Source of the DNA: Octopus sinensis
Taxonomy: Eukaryota
Length of the DNA stretch: 64,000 nt
Assembly (NCBI RefSeq): GCF_006345805.1
Contig: NC_042997.1
Span: forward strand, 168,888,001 to 168,952,000
Direction of reading: 5' to 3'
The notes beneath the pieces were generated by a model, which saw nothing but the letters and a program-made list of their open reading frames with translations, ran no database searches and was not told the DNA's origin. Shown one piece after another: positions 37,507 through 51,639 of the stretch. The translations under genes were made by a program, and so were the position numbers. The number at the start of each line of letters is the position of its first letter. Within the stretch, counting starts at the first letter, position 1.

Positions 37507-37877
37507 CATTATTATTATTTGATGAAAACTCATAGCTTATTTTGGTGGGTAAGATGAAAAGTGTCAGTTGTCCACAGCCAGCAGACTAAGGTAACACTTG
37601 TTTACTGTTCATGCTTCAAGAACTTTGCAAAGAATTGCAGTTCCAAGCAATGCTGATCTTTGTAGCTGTTAACATTTGTACTAATCTTTTTGAGCCATGC
37701 TGGTAGCTGAGTTGTGATACTTCCAAGTGCGCCAGTTGCAAAATATACAATGTGTATGTGCGATCGATAATGTTTCCATTACTAGGACTGCTTTTTATTC
37801 GTATATATGTAGATGTGTTTATGTATGTATGTATGTATGTATGTATGTATGTTGTATGCAAATATATATATATATAT

Positions 37878-37965
<88 letters not shown>

Positions 37966-38804
37966 ATATAGATATATATATATATATATATATTATTTAT
38001 ATCATTACTTGATTGAACGCCACGCATCTATTTCCAAATAAGTTTGTCTTAATCTTTTTGATGCGACTCTACTCTAAACTGTTTTCTCATCCTATCGTTT
38101 TCTCTCTTATCCTTTTCCCCCCCTTCACTGTTTTCTGCCTCTCTCTCTCTCTTGTTGCTCACACGAGACCATCGTCCATCATTCTTTTCCTCACGTGATC
38201 ATCTTTCTTTTCTTTCAGGGCTGTCCTAAGGACTGGACGTATCCTATCTCACTTCTATCCTTTCTCTTGTCAAAGAAAATATTTCTCCAGCGTTCGATAT
38301 TTTACCCTCGCTCTGGTCTAACGACCCTCTTTGTTTTCATTTAGTTTCCTTGTATGTTTTCACTGTCCTGTTTCTGTTCCCAACTTTGACCCTCCATAAA
38401 TCCCAAATTTTATTTTGGTACTTATGGGAGCAACTGTCTTCGAAGAATCATATTGTCGTTCAATACTCGAAATGAGGAGTAGATAGACAGTCGACAATTG
38501 ACGAAGGGTCGATCTTTACGTTACTTATCCTGTTTTCCATTTGTTTCGCTTGTTCTTTGCGTATTGAACTCATTTGTTTTCGTATTTCATGTTGTATACT
38601 GTTGGCATATATGCATGTGTATGTGTGTGTGTGTGCATATATATATATGCATATATATATTATTTATATTATGTATGTATGTATGTATGTATGTATATAT
38701 GTATGTATGTATGTATGTATGCATATATATATATATATATATATGCACACACACACACATACACATGCATATATGCAAAAAAAATCATCTGACAAGGTTA
38801 GTAG

Positions 38805-38859
<55 letters not shown>

Positions 38860-38865
<6 letters not shown>

Positions 38866-39455
38866 TAATAATGATCCTTTCTACTATAGGAACAAGGCCT
38901 GAAATTTTGGGGGAGGGGACTAATCGATTACATCGACCCCAGCACTCAACTGGTACTTAATTTATCGAACCCAAAAGGATGAAAGGCAAAGACAACCTCG
39001 GCAGAATTTGAACTCAGAACGTAACGACGGGCGAAATGCTGCTAAACATTTTGCCCGGCGTGCTAAGCATTTTGCTTGATGTGCTAATGATTGTGCCAGC
39101 ACGCCGCCTTAATAATTTAAAATTTTGGCACAAGGCCAACAATTTCGGGGGAGGGACAAGTCGATTAAATCGACCCCAGTACTCAACTGGTACTTATTTT
39201 ATCAACCTCTAAAGAATGAAAGGCAATGTCGACCTCGGCGGAATTTGAACTCAGAACCTAGCGACGGGCGAAATGCCGCTAAGTATTTTGCCCAGCGTGC
39301 TGACGGTTCTGTCAGCTCGCCGCCTTGATAATAATGATTTCGAATTTTGGCACAAGGCCAGCAATTTCGGGGAAGGAGGTAAGTCGATTACATGGACCCC
39401 AGTGCTCAACTTGTACTTAATTTGTTGATCCCGAAACTATGAAAAGCAAAGTCAT
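38860..39455 (-). mobile_element. Three co-oriented SINE-B2 copies
   Basis: Head-to-tail units separated by short AAT spacers. Confidence 0.85.
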
Positions 39456-39459
39456 TAGA

Positions 39460-40200
39460 CTGCGGCCATACTGGGTTACCCCTTGAAAGGTTTAATCAAA
39501 CATCGACTTAAATATTTATTTTTTAAACATTTGGTACTTATTTTATCGTTTTTTTTTTTTGCTGAGCCGCTATTTAAGACGACATAAACAAACCAACACT
39601 GATTGTGAAGGGCCAGGGTGGGGACATATACAAACGCAAGGACACCTTCACACACACACATGTTGCGCAATGTGTCACACAGTGGGACTGAACCTAGAAC
39701 CATGTGGTTGGGAAATAAATCTCTTATGACACCAAGAAAGTATAGGATATCTTATAATGAAGAGACACCTTTTAAAGGCCAGTAACTGGGGCTAGAACAA
39801 GCACATTTATGCGCAGGTGTGACTGTGTACTTAAGACGCTCACTTTGCAACTACGTGGTTTCGGGTTCAGTTCCATTGCGGCGCTTTGGGCAAGTGTCTT
39901 CCACTATATCCCTGGGCCGACCAATGACTTGTGAGTGACTTTGGTAGACAGAAACTGTATGGAAGCTGGTCGTATATGTGTGCATCTTTGTCATCGTGTT
40001 TCTCCACTGCCACCCTTTGACAACCGGTATTAGTTTATTTACATCCCTGTAAATTAGCAGTTAAGTAAAAAGCAACCCATAGAATAAGCACCAGGTTTTA
40101 AAATGAATAAATAAATACTGGGGTCTATTTGTTAGACTAAAACCCTTCAAAGCTATGACCCAGTATGTCTGCAGACCAATGACTGAAACACGTAAATAAA
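39460..40200. mobile_element. Two diverged SINE-A copies head-to-head (39460-39720 minus; 39811-40200 plus)
   Basis: Recognisable A head and tail segments. Confidence 0.75.
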
Positions 40201-40464
40201 TGGAAAGGTAGAAATAAAATATGTTCCATCATTATGGGACACTTTATAGATTGACATGTGAAGGGAGTGTAATTAGGTTACTCATTCTCGAGTCTAGACT
40301 AACCAATCATAAGGCTGGAACTTACCTCCGTGATTTCAACTACGTTAAATAGAAGTGAGTTAAATACCCTATGACTTAAATACCCTTAGTGCAATTGTTG
40401 TGCCTCCAAAAGATAAATATTCAAAGATCAGAAATTCTTTTCTTACAGAAATGTTTTTCTTAAA

Positions 40465-40695
40465 GGCGGCGAGCTGGCAGAAACGTTGGCACGTCGGGCG
40501 AAATGCTTTGCAGTATTTCGTCTGCCGTTACGTTCTGAGTTCAAATTCCGCCGAAGTCGACTTTGCCTTTCATCCTTTCGGGGTCGATAAATTAAGTACC
40601 AGTTACGCACTGGGGTCGATGTAATCGACTTAATACCTTTGTCTGTCTTTGTTTGTCCCCTCTACGTTTAGCTCCTTGTGGGCAATAAAGAAATA
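40465..40695 (+). mobile_element. SINE-B1 with 19-bp TSD and 16 extra 5' nucleotides
   Basis: AGAAATTCTTTTCTTACAG at 40430-40448 and 40696-40714. Confidence 0.92.
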
Positions 40696-41390
40696 AGAAA
40701 TTCTTTTCTTACAGCCTAAGGTTTTACTCCTTTACCTATCTTCAATATCCTTGCAAGCCTTACTCTTTCTATTCCTTCCTTCCTTCCTTCCTTCTTCTCT
40801 TTCTTTCTTTTTACAGAGGCACAACACTCTAAGCTTAGAGAAAATGAACGGAACTGTATAACATTTAGTACAAGTATTCTTATATGAAGCATTGGAAATA
40901 TCTTGTACATTTTATTTTACTAAATGAATATTTGGATCACTTCACGTATGATATTAGGTTGTTTCAAGTTCATGCACTTTACGACAAGATCTCGAATTCA
41001 TTTTGTTTGAATTTATCTCTACATTTTGTCGCCGACCATCCAATTACGCACTGAAGCCTATTATTGTTGGATATTGTTTCTCTATTGATCAATTGCTATG
41101 GAAGTTTCCGCACTGACAAGAGAAGTAAATTGAAACGTTTGAATTGTATTATTTAGATAATTGTATTTTGCCTAAAGAAACAGTCAATTTCTTTGTTCTT
41201 ACAAAGTTTCTAGCGTAGTAAAATGTTAAACAGATATATTTTAAATCTGAAACTAAACACTCAATCGTCTGGCCTCTAGAAAAACCATCGTATCGAGAGC
41301 AAAAGATTTGCTAAGAAGCAAATATCAATTTTCCACAAAATAGTTTTTAACAAGTAGGATATTTGACAAAATTGTTATTATATCTTCATA

Positions 41391-41808
41391 GGCGCAAGAG
41401 TGGCTGTGTGGTAAGTAGCTTGTCTACCAACCACATCATTCCGGGTTCAGTCCCACTGCGTGGAACCTTGGGCAAGTGTCTTCTACTATAGCCTCGGGCC
41501 GACCAAAGCCTTGTGAGTGGATTTGGTAGACGGAAACTGAAAGAAGCCCGTCGTATATATGTATATATATATATATATGTGCGTGTGTGTGTTTGTGTGT
41601 CTGTGTTTGTCCCCTAGCATTGCTTGACAACCGATGCTGGTGTGTTTACGTCCCCGTTACATAGCGGTTCGGCAAAAGAGACCGATAGAATAAGTACTGG
41701 GCTTAGAAAAGAATAAGTCCCGGGGTCGAGTTGCTCGATTAAAGGCGGTGCTCCAGCATGGCCGCAGTCAAATGACTGAAACAAGTAAAAGGTAAAGAGA
41801 GTAAAGAG
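41391..41808 (+). mobile_element. SINE family A, full length, low divergence
   Basis: Best reference copy in the window. Confidence 0.93.
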
Positions 41809-42169
41809 TCCTATTCTATTTACTTCCAAACGTATGAATTATATCAGTCCATATATAGATAACGTTATTCAGTTAAGGAAATTTAGCTGCAAACTGAGTA
41901 GAGGACATAGTTTCCAGTTTCGTTCGTAGCTATTTCAGTTTACTTAAAAAAAAAAAAAAGCCTTCCTCTGAAGTCAGAAGCGATAATAACCCAATCATGC
42001 ATTGTTTTATTGATCACCTATAGTCGAACATAAATTTCGAATATTTGATGTTTTACTATATTTTATCACTTCGAGCGAAATAATTTACTTTTGTTCATAA
42101 ATGTGAATGTCTAACACATTTTTCCTAGTTCTTTCATTATAATACATATTTGGATCAGTTCACATGGTG

Positions 42170-43083
42170 ATTTCAAATTTTGGTACAAGTCCAGCATTTT
42201 CGGTGAAGGGATAAGTTTATTACATCGATCCCAGTGTTCAACTGGTACTTAAATTATCGACCTCGGTGAAATTTGAACTCAGAACGTAAAGACGGACGGA
42301 ATGCGGCTAAGCATTTTACCTGGCGTAATAACGATTCTGCCAGTTAGCTTCCTTTGGATCAGTTCACTGATTGTTTTCAAATTTTGGCACAAGGCCAGCA
42401 ATTTCTGGAGAGTGGGTTAATCGATTACATCGACCCCAGTGCACAAATGGTACTTATTTTCGATCTCGTAACGATAAAGGGCAAAGTTGACCTCAGCGGA
42501 AATTGAACTCAGAACATAAGACGGACGAAATTCCGCTAAGTATTTTGCCCGGTGTGCTAACGATTTTGCCAGCTTGCCTATTTCTTTGGAACAGTTCACA
42601 AATTCTTTTCTACTCTAGGCAAAAGGCCCGGAATTTTTGGGGAGGGGGGCCAGTCGACTAGATCGACCCCAGTACACAACTGGTACTTAATTTATCGACC
42701 ACAAAAGGATGAAAGGCAAAGTCGACTTCGGCGGAATTTGAACTCAGTACGTAAAGACAGACGAAATATCACTCAGCATTTCGCCCGGCGTGCTAACGTT
42801 TTTTATTTCTTTATTGCCCACAAGGGGCTAAACATAGAGGGGACAAACAAAGGGATTAAGTCGATTACATCGACCCCAGTGCTCAACTGGTACTCTAGGT
42901 ACAAAGTCCGAAATTTGGTGGGGAGGAGGAGAGTCCATTAGATCGACTACAGTAGTACTTAATTTATCGACCCCGAAAGGCAAAGTCGACCTCGGCGGAA
43001 TTTGAACTCAGAATATAAGGACGGATGAAATACCGCAAAGCATTTCGCCCGATGTGCTAACGTTTCTGCCAGATCGCAGCCTT
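42170..43083 (-). mobile_element. Cluster of about 5 co-oriented or nested SINE-B copies
   Basis: B2 units plus a B1 tail fragment at about 42803-42895. Confidence 0.85.
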
Positions 43084-43427
43084 GATTAGTTCGCAAATTA
43101 CGAAACAATTTTATGAATGGTGTACCCCTCACAAACCCTCATTATCGGGTTCTATAATTTTGATTCAGAAATTACAAGAACAGAGAAAATTACACTGATG
43201 GAGAAAATTGCTGAAGTGAATGCTTTATGACAAGCAGTTGTTACAATCTAAGTTGGATGGAGTTCAGATGTCAACCATGTCAGCGTTGACATCCATTTCA
43301 CGTTTGTTCCTTTCAGATAAAGAGGATATATGTAAGCTGGGATGGGAGATTCCATCGACTTCATGTCTCGCTTCATAAAAATTTCTTTCTTACCAATTCA
43401 ATGACACCAGAAATACACACACACACT

Positions 43428-43501
<74 letters not shown>

Positions 43502-43704
43502 GAGAGAAAGCGAAATTGTATAGTATGATAGATAAGACAGTTGAAACTCTTTGCTAAAGGTGTGCGTATCTGTGTGTGTGTGTGCGTGTGTGTGCGCGCA
43601 TGTGCGTGTGTGTGTTTGTGTGTGAGTGTGTGTGTGTATGCATATGCGCGCGCGTGTGTGTGTGTATGTATATATATAATATAATATATATATATATATA
43701 TAAG

Positions 43705-43735
<31 letters not shown>

Positions 43736-43897
43736 GTGTATATATGTAATATATATACATATATATATATATATACGTATGTACGTATGTATGTATGCAT
43801 GTGTATACATATGCACGCACACGTGTATAGATAGATAGATAGATAGATAGATATACGTACATGTATACATACATGCACACATATGCATGCGTGTTTG

Positions 43898-43977
<80 letters not shown>

Positions 43978-44704
43978 CTAAGTATGTATGTATGTACTAA
44001 TCGAAACGTAATTTTGAGTGAAAACATTTCCCAACTCCTAAATCCATGGGAATCGATCGTTCGTTGATAGATCTTTCTGCTCACAAAAAGTCAATAAATT
44101 GATTCAATTTATCGCAATAGTATGTGGGATAAATAAATATCTATCCTTATTTTATTAAGGCTAACTACAACCTTCTAAAGAAAACTTTTTTTGCTGCAGA
44201 AGCCAAGTCGATATGTCAATATTCCCACCTTGTCAATTGATAACCTAACATTGTACAAAAGTGTACAAGACATAAGATGGAATCGACAAGGAAACTGAGA
44301 TCTTGGAGGTATTAAAAGTTGATTTCTCATTTACCGACGTACATTTATAACAGTAAAATATGATGATGTGGTATTCATGCATTTCTCAATTCTTAAATGT
44401 TATATTTAACTTCAGCTGAAAATAAAAATTAGCATAATTTCTAAATTCTTGTAACCAGTAGCAACTGTTCAACTCTCTCCCGTTCTGTCTTGAAGAAGCT
44501 TTTTAACTTCATCTCACGCTCGGTCACTTCAATATCCACAACTTCTCTTCTGAATTCCTACCTTCTTCACACTGATATGGCTTGCTCGAACATCGAATCA
44601 TTTACTATTCTGAACTGTTTCAAAAGACTAGCTTCAACTATACACGTTCTCTCAGCCTGTTTCTTACATTCAAACTCAATTTTGTTTGTTGTTGCGCCCT
44701 TTTA

Positions 44705-44926
44705 AGGCCTAGCAGGTTTTCCGGTTTCAATGGTGTATGTGTTCCCCAGCTGGACAGGACGCCAGTCCATCGCAGCGTGACTCATTTTTGCCAGCTGAGT
44801 GGACTGGAGCAACGTGAAATGAAGTGTTTTGCTCAAGAACACAACGCGTCGCCCGGTCCAGGAATCGAAACCACAATCTTACGATCATGATGCTTGACAC
44901 CCTGACCACTAAGCTACGCGCCTCCA
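44705..44926 (-). mobile_element. SINE family C
   Basis: Matches 12297-12448 and extends 3'. Confidence 0.85.
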
Positions 44927-45286
44927 TAAACTCAATTTTACCCAGCAATTATGGTTTCTATTTCTATTGTCTAATCAACGCAGACAACTTATTCTTGGAT
45001 TCTCTTGTACGCCGAATATGACTACTACTCGGAGATTCCCAGTTCTACGTTGACTACCCTTAGCCGTACACGTGCTTTACTTTTGGCCCATCCGAAATCG
45101 TTAAGCAGGCGACTGAAGTTATTCATCCGCTGATATACCTCTACATTCTTCACTCGATCAAACCTTAAACTAAAAACCCCTAAATGGATCGTTCAGCGTA
45201 GCACAGCAACAATACTTTTGCAGCACCTAAAGACACACACTGCCAACAGAAGGACATTTACATATAATTGTAACGTTTTTAAGATA

Positions 45287-45888
45287 CCTATTTCTTTACT
45301 ACCCACAAGGGGCTAAACACAGAGAGGACAAACAAGGACAGACAAACGGATTAAGTCGATTATATCGACCCCAGTGCGTAACTGGTACTTAAATTATCGA
45401 CCCCAAAAGGGTAAAAGGCAAAGTCGACCTCGGCGGAATTTGAACTCAGAACGTAACGGCAAACGAAATACCTATTTCTTTACTACCCACAAGGGGCTAA
45501 ACACAGGGAAGACAAACAAGGACAGACAAACCGATTAAGTCGATTATATCGACCCCAGTGCGTTACTGGTACTTATTTAATCGACCCCGAAAGGATGAAA
45601 GGCAAAGTCGACCTCGGCGGAATTTGAACTCAGAACGTAGCGGCAAACGAAATGCCTATTTCTTTACTACCCACAAGGGGCTAAACATAAAGGGGACAAA
45701 CAAGGGCAGATACACGGATTAAGTCGATTATATCGACCCCAGTGCGTAACAGGTACTTATTTAATCGACCCCGAAAGGATGAAAGGCAAAGTCGACCTCG
45801 GCAGAATTTGAACTCAGAACGTAACAGTAGACGAAATACCGCAAAGCATTTCGCCCAGTGTGCTAACGTTTCAGCCAGCTCACCACTT
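45287..45888 (-). mobile_element. SINE-B1 trimer (one head plus 3 x 184 bp) with 13-bp TSD
   Basis: Units start 45287, 45471, 45655; GTTTTTAAGATAC at 45275-45287 and 45895-45907. Confidence 0.93.
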
Positions 45889-46872
45889 TATAAAGTTTTT
45901 AAGATACTATAAGGTGTACGTAAATAGCATAACTCCTTCGTATACGGCAAAACATGCAAACTGCTTTTCTTTCCGATTAGCAACTGAATGTTCCGGTGTC
46001 TTTCTAAGATGGACTGAATCAAATGTATAAATACGTGAGATGAAACATAGTGAATACGATCATAACATTTTTAACTCATAGCGTAATTTGCTATGACGAG
46101 ACACACTCACACTCATGTTTTATTTTTCGCAAAATAAATTCGACTTTTGGATAGTAGAATAAATAACTTCTCTTTATACATGACATTTGTCATCACATTT
46201 TATCAAAGCTTGTGAACATCAAACTTTATTTATATCTCGCATCCTCTTCCATATGTACTCCTTATCACACACACATAAATACACACGTACACAAACACAC
46301 ACACACGCAAACACACACACACACACACACACACATTCACGCGTATACACACGTACACAAACACACACACACACACATATACACGCGTATACACACGCAC
46401 ACACGCAATACACACACATACACACATATACATCTACACACAGCACACACATTCCTACGCAGATGATATCATCCTTTACTTCTTAACTTAACGCATAACA
46501 GGCGTAATCCACCCGTAACCGAAAAACTTTACGACAGACATGTACTATCTCCTTGAAAAGAGACCCCATAAGTATCTTCAAACGGAAATAAGACAAGCTC
46601 ATATATTCTATAAAAGACGCGTTAACTACACTTACCACCAAAATTGCCTGTCACTACCTTCTCTCTTAATTTAAAACAACAAAACTAAACCAAACAAAAC
46701 CTCTGCAGATTTTAAACTCCGCAGTTTCTAATGATTTCTCGTTGGGATCTCCCATTGCAAAGATTCTAAGATTCTAAGATTCCCCTTTAGTATTAATTGC
46801 CGATACTTTTCGGAACCCATGTCGTCTCAATGAGCAATCACTAGAGATTGTAGAGCTTAACATTTGCAGAGA

Positions 46873-47005
46873 AGGCGTGTGACCTAGCATTTAGGGTGTT
46901 GCATTCACGATCTTGCGTCCGTGATTTCGATTCCTAGACTGGGCAGTGCGTTGTGTGCTTGAGCAAAACATTTCATTTCACGCTGCTCTACGATCAAGTC
47001 ACTAT
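46873..47005 (+). mobile_element. Decayed SINE-C 5' part (host of the next trimer)
   Basis: GTTGTGTGCTTGAGCAAAACATTTCATTTCACG core. Confidence 0.65.
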
Positions 47006-47604
47006 CTTATTTCTTTATTGCCCACAATGGGCTAAACATAGAGGGGACAAACAAGGACAGACAAACGGATTAAGTCGATTATATCGACCCCAGTGCGTAA
47101 CTGGTACTTATTTAATCGACTCCGAAAGGATGAAAGACAAAGTTGACCTCGGCGGAATTTGAACTCAGAACATAACGGCAGACGAAATATCTATTTCTTT
47201 ACTACCTACAAGGGGCTAAACACAGAGAGGACAAACAAGGACAGACAAACGGATTAAGTCGATTATATAGACCCCAGTGCGTAACTGGTACTTATTTAAT
47301 CGACTCCGAAAGGATGAAAGGCAAAGTCGACCTCGGCGGAATTTGAACTCAGAACATAACGGCAGACGAAATATATTTTTCTTTACTACCCACAAGGGGC
47401 TAAACACAGAGAGGACAAACAAGGACAGATAAACGGATTAAGTCGATTATATCGACCACAGTGCGTAACTAGTACTTATTTAATCGACCTCGAAAGGATG
47501 AAAGGCAAAGTCGACCTCGGCGGAATTTGAACTCAGAACGTAACGGCAGACGAAATACCGCAAAGCTTTTCGCCCGACGTGCTAACGATTCTGCCAGCTC
47601 GCCC
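47006..47604 (-). mobile_element. SINE-B1 trimer (one head plus 3 x 184 bp) with 8-bp TSD
   Basis: Units start 47006, 47190, 47374; CACTATCT at 47000-47007 and 47604-47611. Confidence 0.92.
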
Positions 47605-48187
47605 ACTATCTGACGTGTGGTACACCGTGCACCTATACAGGCAATGTCGATTGGATGAAGAGCGTGACCACAACATTTTGATCGCTTTGACCACTATAAA
47701 CAATTCATATGTGCAGGTTGTTCAGCAAGAATTTATGGGATCCCCATCTGTCGTTTACGACAGAAGAGTTCACCACACAAACACACGCGCGCGCGCGTAT
47801 ATTTACGCACTTCGTACGTTTTCAAAGTAGGAAAAAAACCCATATCATAGATTATTAAACAACTTCATAAACTGCCAGATATCGAACTTTATGTCGCAAT
47901 GGTTATCCAGGGATTATGAAATAGAAGGAAAACACTCATTTAGTTACACTTTATGGGAGTGGTAAGAGATTTCGGTAAACAACCAATCACGCGCCTTCTT
48001 CATAGATTACTCGACAAACATAGAAGGGATTGTAGAATCCCGAATATCAATTCGTTGTCGACATCGATTTATTTATGCTACGGTGTATATTCAAGTGTTT
48101 ATATATAGGCAGCCTGTCGCCTTATTCTTTCCCAAGGGGTTTTTTCCAACCCAATATTTACATTCTATTAATTTTAGCTTTAAGTAA

Positions 48188-48383
48188 GGCGTAGGAGTGG
48201 CTGTGTGGTACGTAGCTTGCTTACAAACCACATGGTTCCGGGTTCAGTCCTACTGCGTGGCACCTTGGGCAAGTGTCTTCTGCTATAGCCTCGGGTCGAC
48301 CAAAGCCTTGTGAGTGGATTTGGTAGACGGAAACTAAAAGAAGCCCGTCGTATATATATATATATACAAGGTAAAATACACTC

Positions 48384-48433
<50 letters not shown>

Positions 48434-48648
48434 GTTTATGTGTCTGTGTTTGTCCCTCCCCCCAACATCGCTTGACAACCGATGCTAGTGTGTTTACGTC
48501 CCCGTAACGTAGCGGTTCGACAAAAGAGACCGATAGAATAAGTACTAGGCTTACAAAGAATAAGTCCTGGGGTCGATTTGCTCGACTAAGGGCGGTGCTC
48601 CAGCATGGCCACAGTCAAATGACTGAAACGAGTAAAAGAGTAAAAGAG
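48188..48648 (+). mobile_element. SINE family A, full length
   Basis: Complete head to (AAAAGAGT)n tail. Confidence 0.92.
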
Positions 48649-49050
48649 AATCGTTAGCGCACCGGACGAGATGCTTAGCGGTATTTCATCCGTTGGTACG
48701 TTCTGAGTTCAAATTCCACCGAGGTCGACTTTACCTCTCATCTTTTCAGGGTCGATAAAATAAGTACCAGTTAAACATTGGGGTCGATGTAATCGACTCA
48801 TCCCCTGCCACAAAATTGCTGCCCTTGTGGCAAAATTTGAAACCATTATTTTTAGCTTTAAGGCGGCAAGCTGGTAGGATCGTTAGCACTCCGGGCGAAA
48901 CGTTCTGAGTTCAAATTCCGCCGAAGTTGACTTTGTCTGTCATCTTTTCGGGTTCGATGGAATAAGTACCAGTTGAACAATGAAGTCGATGTAATCGATT
49001 TAGCCACTGCCCTTGGAATTGCTGACTTTGCGTGAAAATTTAAAATCATT
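48649..49050 (+). mobile_element. Two tandem SINE-B2 copies
   Basis: Core and GCCCTTGTGGCAAAATTTGAAACC tail. Confidence 0.8.
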
Positions 49051-49266
49051 ATTTATCGGTTTATATGATGTGCTTAAGTAACCAAATATTCCAAAGAAGA
49101 ATTATTTCACGTTCTTTCGAAAGTTTCAAAATTCTTATGAAGTCATATGTATGAGTATATATGAATGCGCGCTCACGCGACAATTTTCTGCTATATACGC
49201 AAACAACTTGGATCGTATTTATCAAGAGGATATTTGGCTCTTTTGTAGATCTACTTCCCTAACATA

Positions 49267-49789
49267 CCGTAAATCCTCGTGTATAACCCGCACTTTTCCC
49301 CAAAAAATTTAACGGTCAAAATCCCTAGTGTGTACTATATACGAGGTTAAAAATGAAAATTATTTTCTAAGCAATGTCCGAGTCTCTATTTGCTGTCCGG
49401 CAATATTTATTCAGATGCATTTTGTGATGTCGGGCGCAAAAATACCTTAAGCTAAGCCTGAAAGCAATGAAGTCATAAAAGAATCACCCATAACTTGCAA
49501 TAAGCAACAGTTATTAAACGTTATTACTGTTATTACTTTTTATTTCTTTATTTTCTGCAAACAAAATGCACAAAAAAGCTACACGTTTGCATTATGTTAT
49601 ATATACAATAATAATAAAGGACGTTACCGTATACATTTTTACAAACCAAGGACGTTATATAGACCTCCTTGGCTCAAGTTAGAGAAGGGGTACGTATTGT
49701 ATACAAGGTTTAGATTTTTCAGAGGTACAACCTCCTAAAAATCCCCTGCGTATTATACTCAAGGGCAGACTATACTCGAGGATTTATGG
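49267..49789. mobile_element. pogo/Tc1-mariner-type MITE
   Basis: TIR CCGTAAATCCTCGTGTATA / TATACTCGAGGATTTATGG, TA on both sides. Confidence 0.75.
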
Positions 49790-51156
49790 TAAATACACTA
49801 TTTCTCTCCGTTCCCAACACCGTTACCACAACGTCATCTGTTTCCATGAAATAGTAAGTTGGATACAATTATTTCATTCGGTGGTGTATACCAATTATTA
49901 TTCTGAAACTATTTAAAATTCCTTTTTACAAAGTAAATAATAATGAATACGATGGATTTTAATTGTGATATTTACTTTTCTTTCCGTGCCTTATTGACCG
50001 ACAACTATTATATTATTATAGGAAAAAATATCGTGATTATAATGTACTTTGACATATTCTCGCTGTACATAAATCTTGATTAAAAGTTGTACTTCAAAGC
50101 CTGAGAACTATTGTTTTAGGCAACTGCTGTTGACACAGCCTCTGTTAATAAGTTATACTCACAAAATTTAGCTGTTACTTGGTTGATTTCAACATTTTAA
50201 AATGTATGTCACTAGAAAGTGCTCACTCAATGTCGGGTTTTTACTTTATTACGACTCTTTGCATTCTCTGGCCAAAATCTGCTGCAGTCACCCCTAACTT
50301 TCATCATTTCGGAATTGATGAAATAAAGCAGCGGAGTCAATTTAATCGACTATGTTCATATCTTCCAAATTTGAAGCTTCGTATGTACAGTGTTATATGA
50401 AATGAAACCACAAGCAAACTATAAATTAGAATTAATTGTTGAGCCAACTTATAACCAAGACCGTCTTAGCAGCATTATAGGCTTGTGGGTAAATCAGAGA
50501 ACTGGGGCTTTATGGTATTTATTCATTGCCAACGAGTCACAATTAAAGTTGGACCCTAAACTCGTGAGGTTCTGGGAAACTGCCCAGTGTGCCAATGTTT
50601 TAAGACGGCATAACCTATAACTATTGGTTTGATATTCCGACTCACTTGCTCATACATTCTATCAGAACGACTGATTAAAGTTACTCCATGTTTGGATCAG
50701 ATGGTTGAAACCAGATTTGGAAAGTGTTATTAAAAAGAAATGGCATAAAGGAATATTTATATTAAAAAACATAACCCTGAAATTTATAGTAAAGCAAAAA
50801 TACTAATAACTGTATCATATCTGGCAAACAAAATACGTGTATATAATGCAATGAAACGCCAAAAAGTTATATTAATCAAAATACTGTTTGCGACATATAT
50901 TGCTTGCGACAACCATCTTTTTTTGTGTCACAAACTACAAAATTTTGCATGATGCTCAAAGACATGAAAATTTCTTCTTACTTTGAAATAAATCATGTTG
51001 TGAAAAGTTATCACGAGATAAATCTTTCAGAAACGTAAAGTATTAAAGGATTTTAAGCAATTCAAATGAAATGGATCAAATATTTAATATTTTAAATTAA
51101 TTTGATGAGTTTTATTCTACATAGAATAAATAAGTTCAATTTTAGGTATGCTACAA

Positions 51157-51370
51157 AGGCGGTGAGCTGGCAGAATTGTTAGCATGCCGGACAAAATGCT
51201 TAGCGGCATTTCGTCCGTCTTTATGTTCTGAGTTCAAATGCTGCCGGGGACAGCTTTGCCTTTCATCTTTTTGGGATCGATAAAATAAGTACCAGTTGAT
51301 CACCGGGAACGGTGTAATCGACTTACTCCATCCTCCAAAGTTGCTGGCCTTGTGCCATTATTTGAAGTTA
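51157..51370 (+). mobile_element. SINE family B2
   Basis: Head, core and tail recognisable. Confidence 0.8.
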
Positions 51371-51639
51371 ATATCATGTATTCTGCATAATTTATTAGTT
51401 GTTTAAATGGTAAAATATTCGTCTGTTACTTATGCTTGCTTATTCAACGATTTCTCGACGTTCAAGTCAGCTGCAGAATATGAAACGAATATCCTTCATG
51501 ATTTTCCTACTCTGGACACAAGGCCTTACATTTAGCATACGAGGAACGACCGGTTAAACAGAGTATTTGACTTGACTACACTTATTTTATCTACCCTGCA
51601 AAAATGAATAATTAACCAAGCCATCTCCTGTCGTTTATG

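Noticed and set aside
45287-45888. Regular repeats suggesting a CRISPR-like array
   Set aside because: Units are contiguous SINE bodies with no unique spacers; no cas genes; eukaryotic context.
50390-50620. 76-aa ORF with a BEL/Pao-like VRFWE word
   Set aside because: Single short motif with no LTR or other domains nearby.
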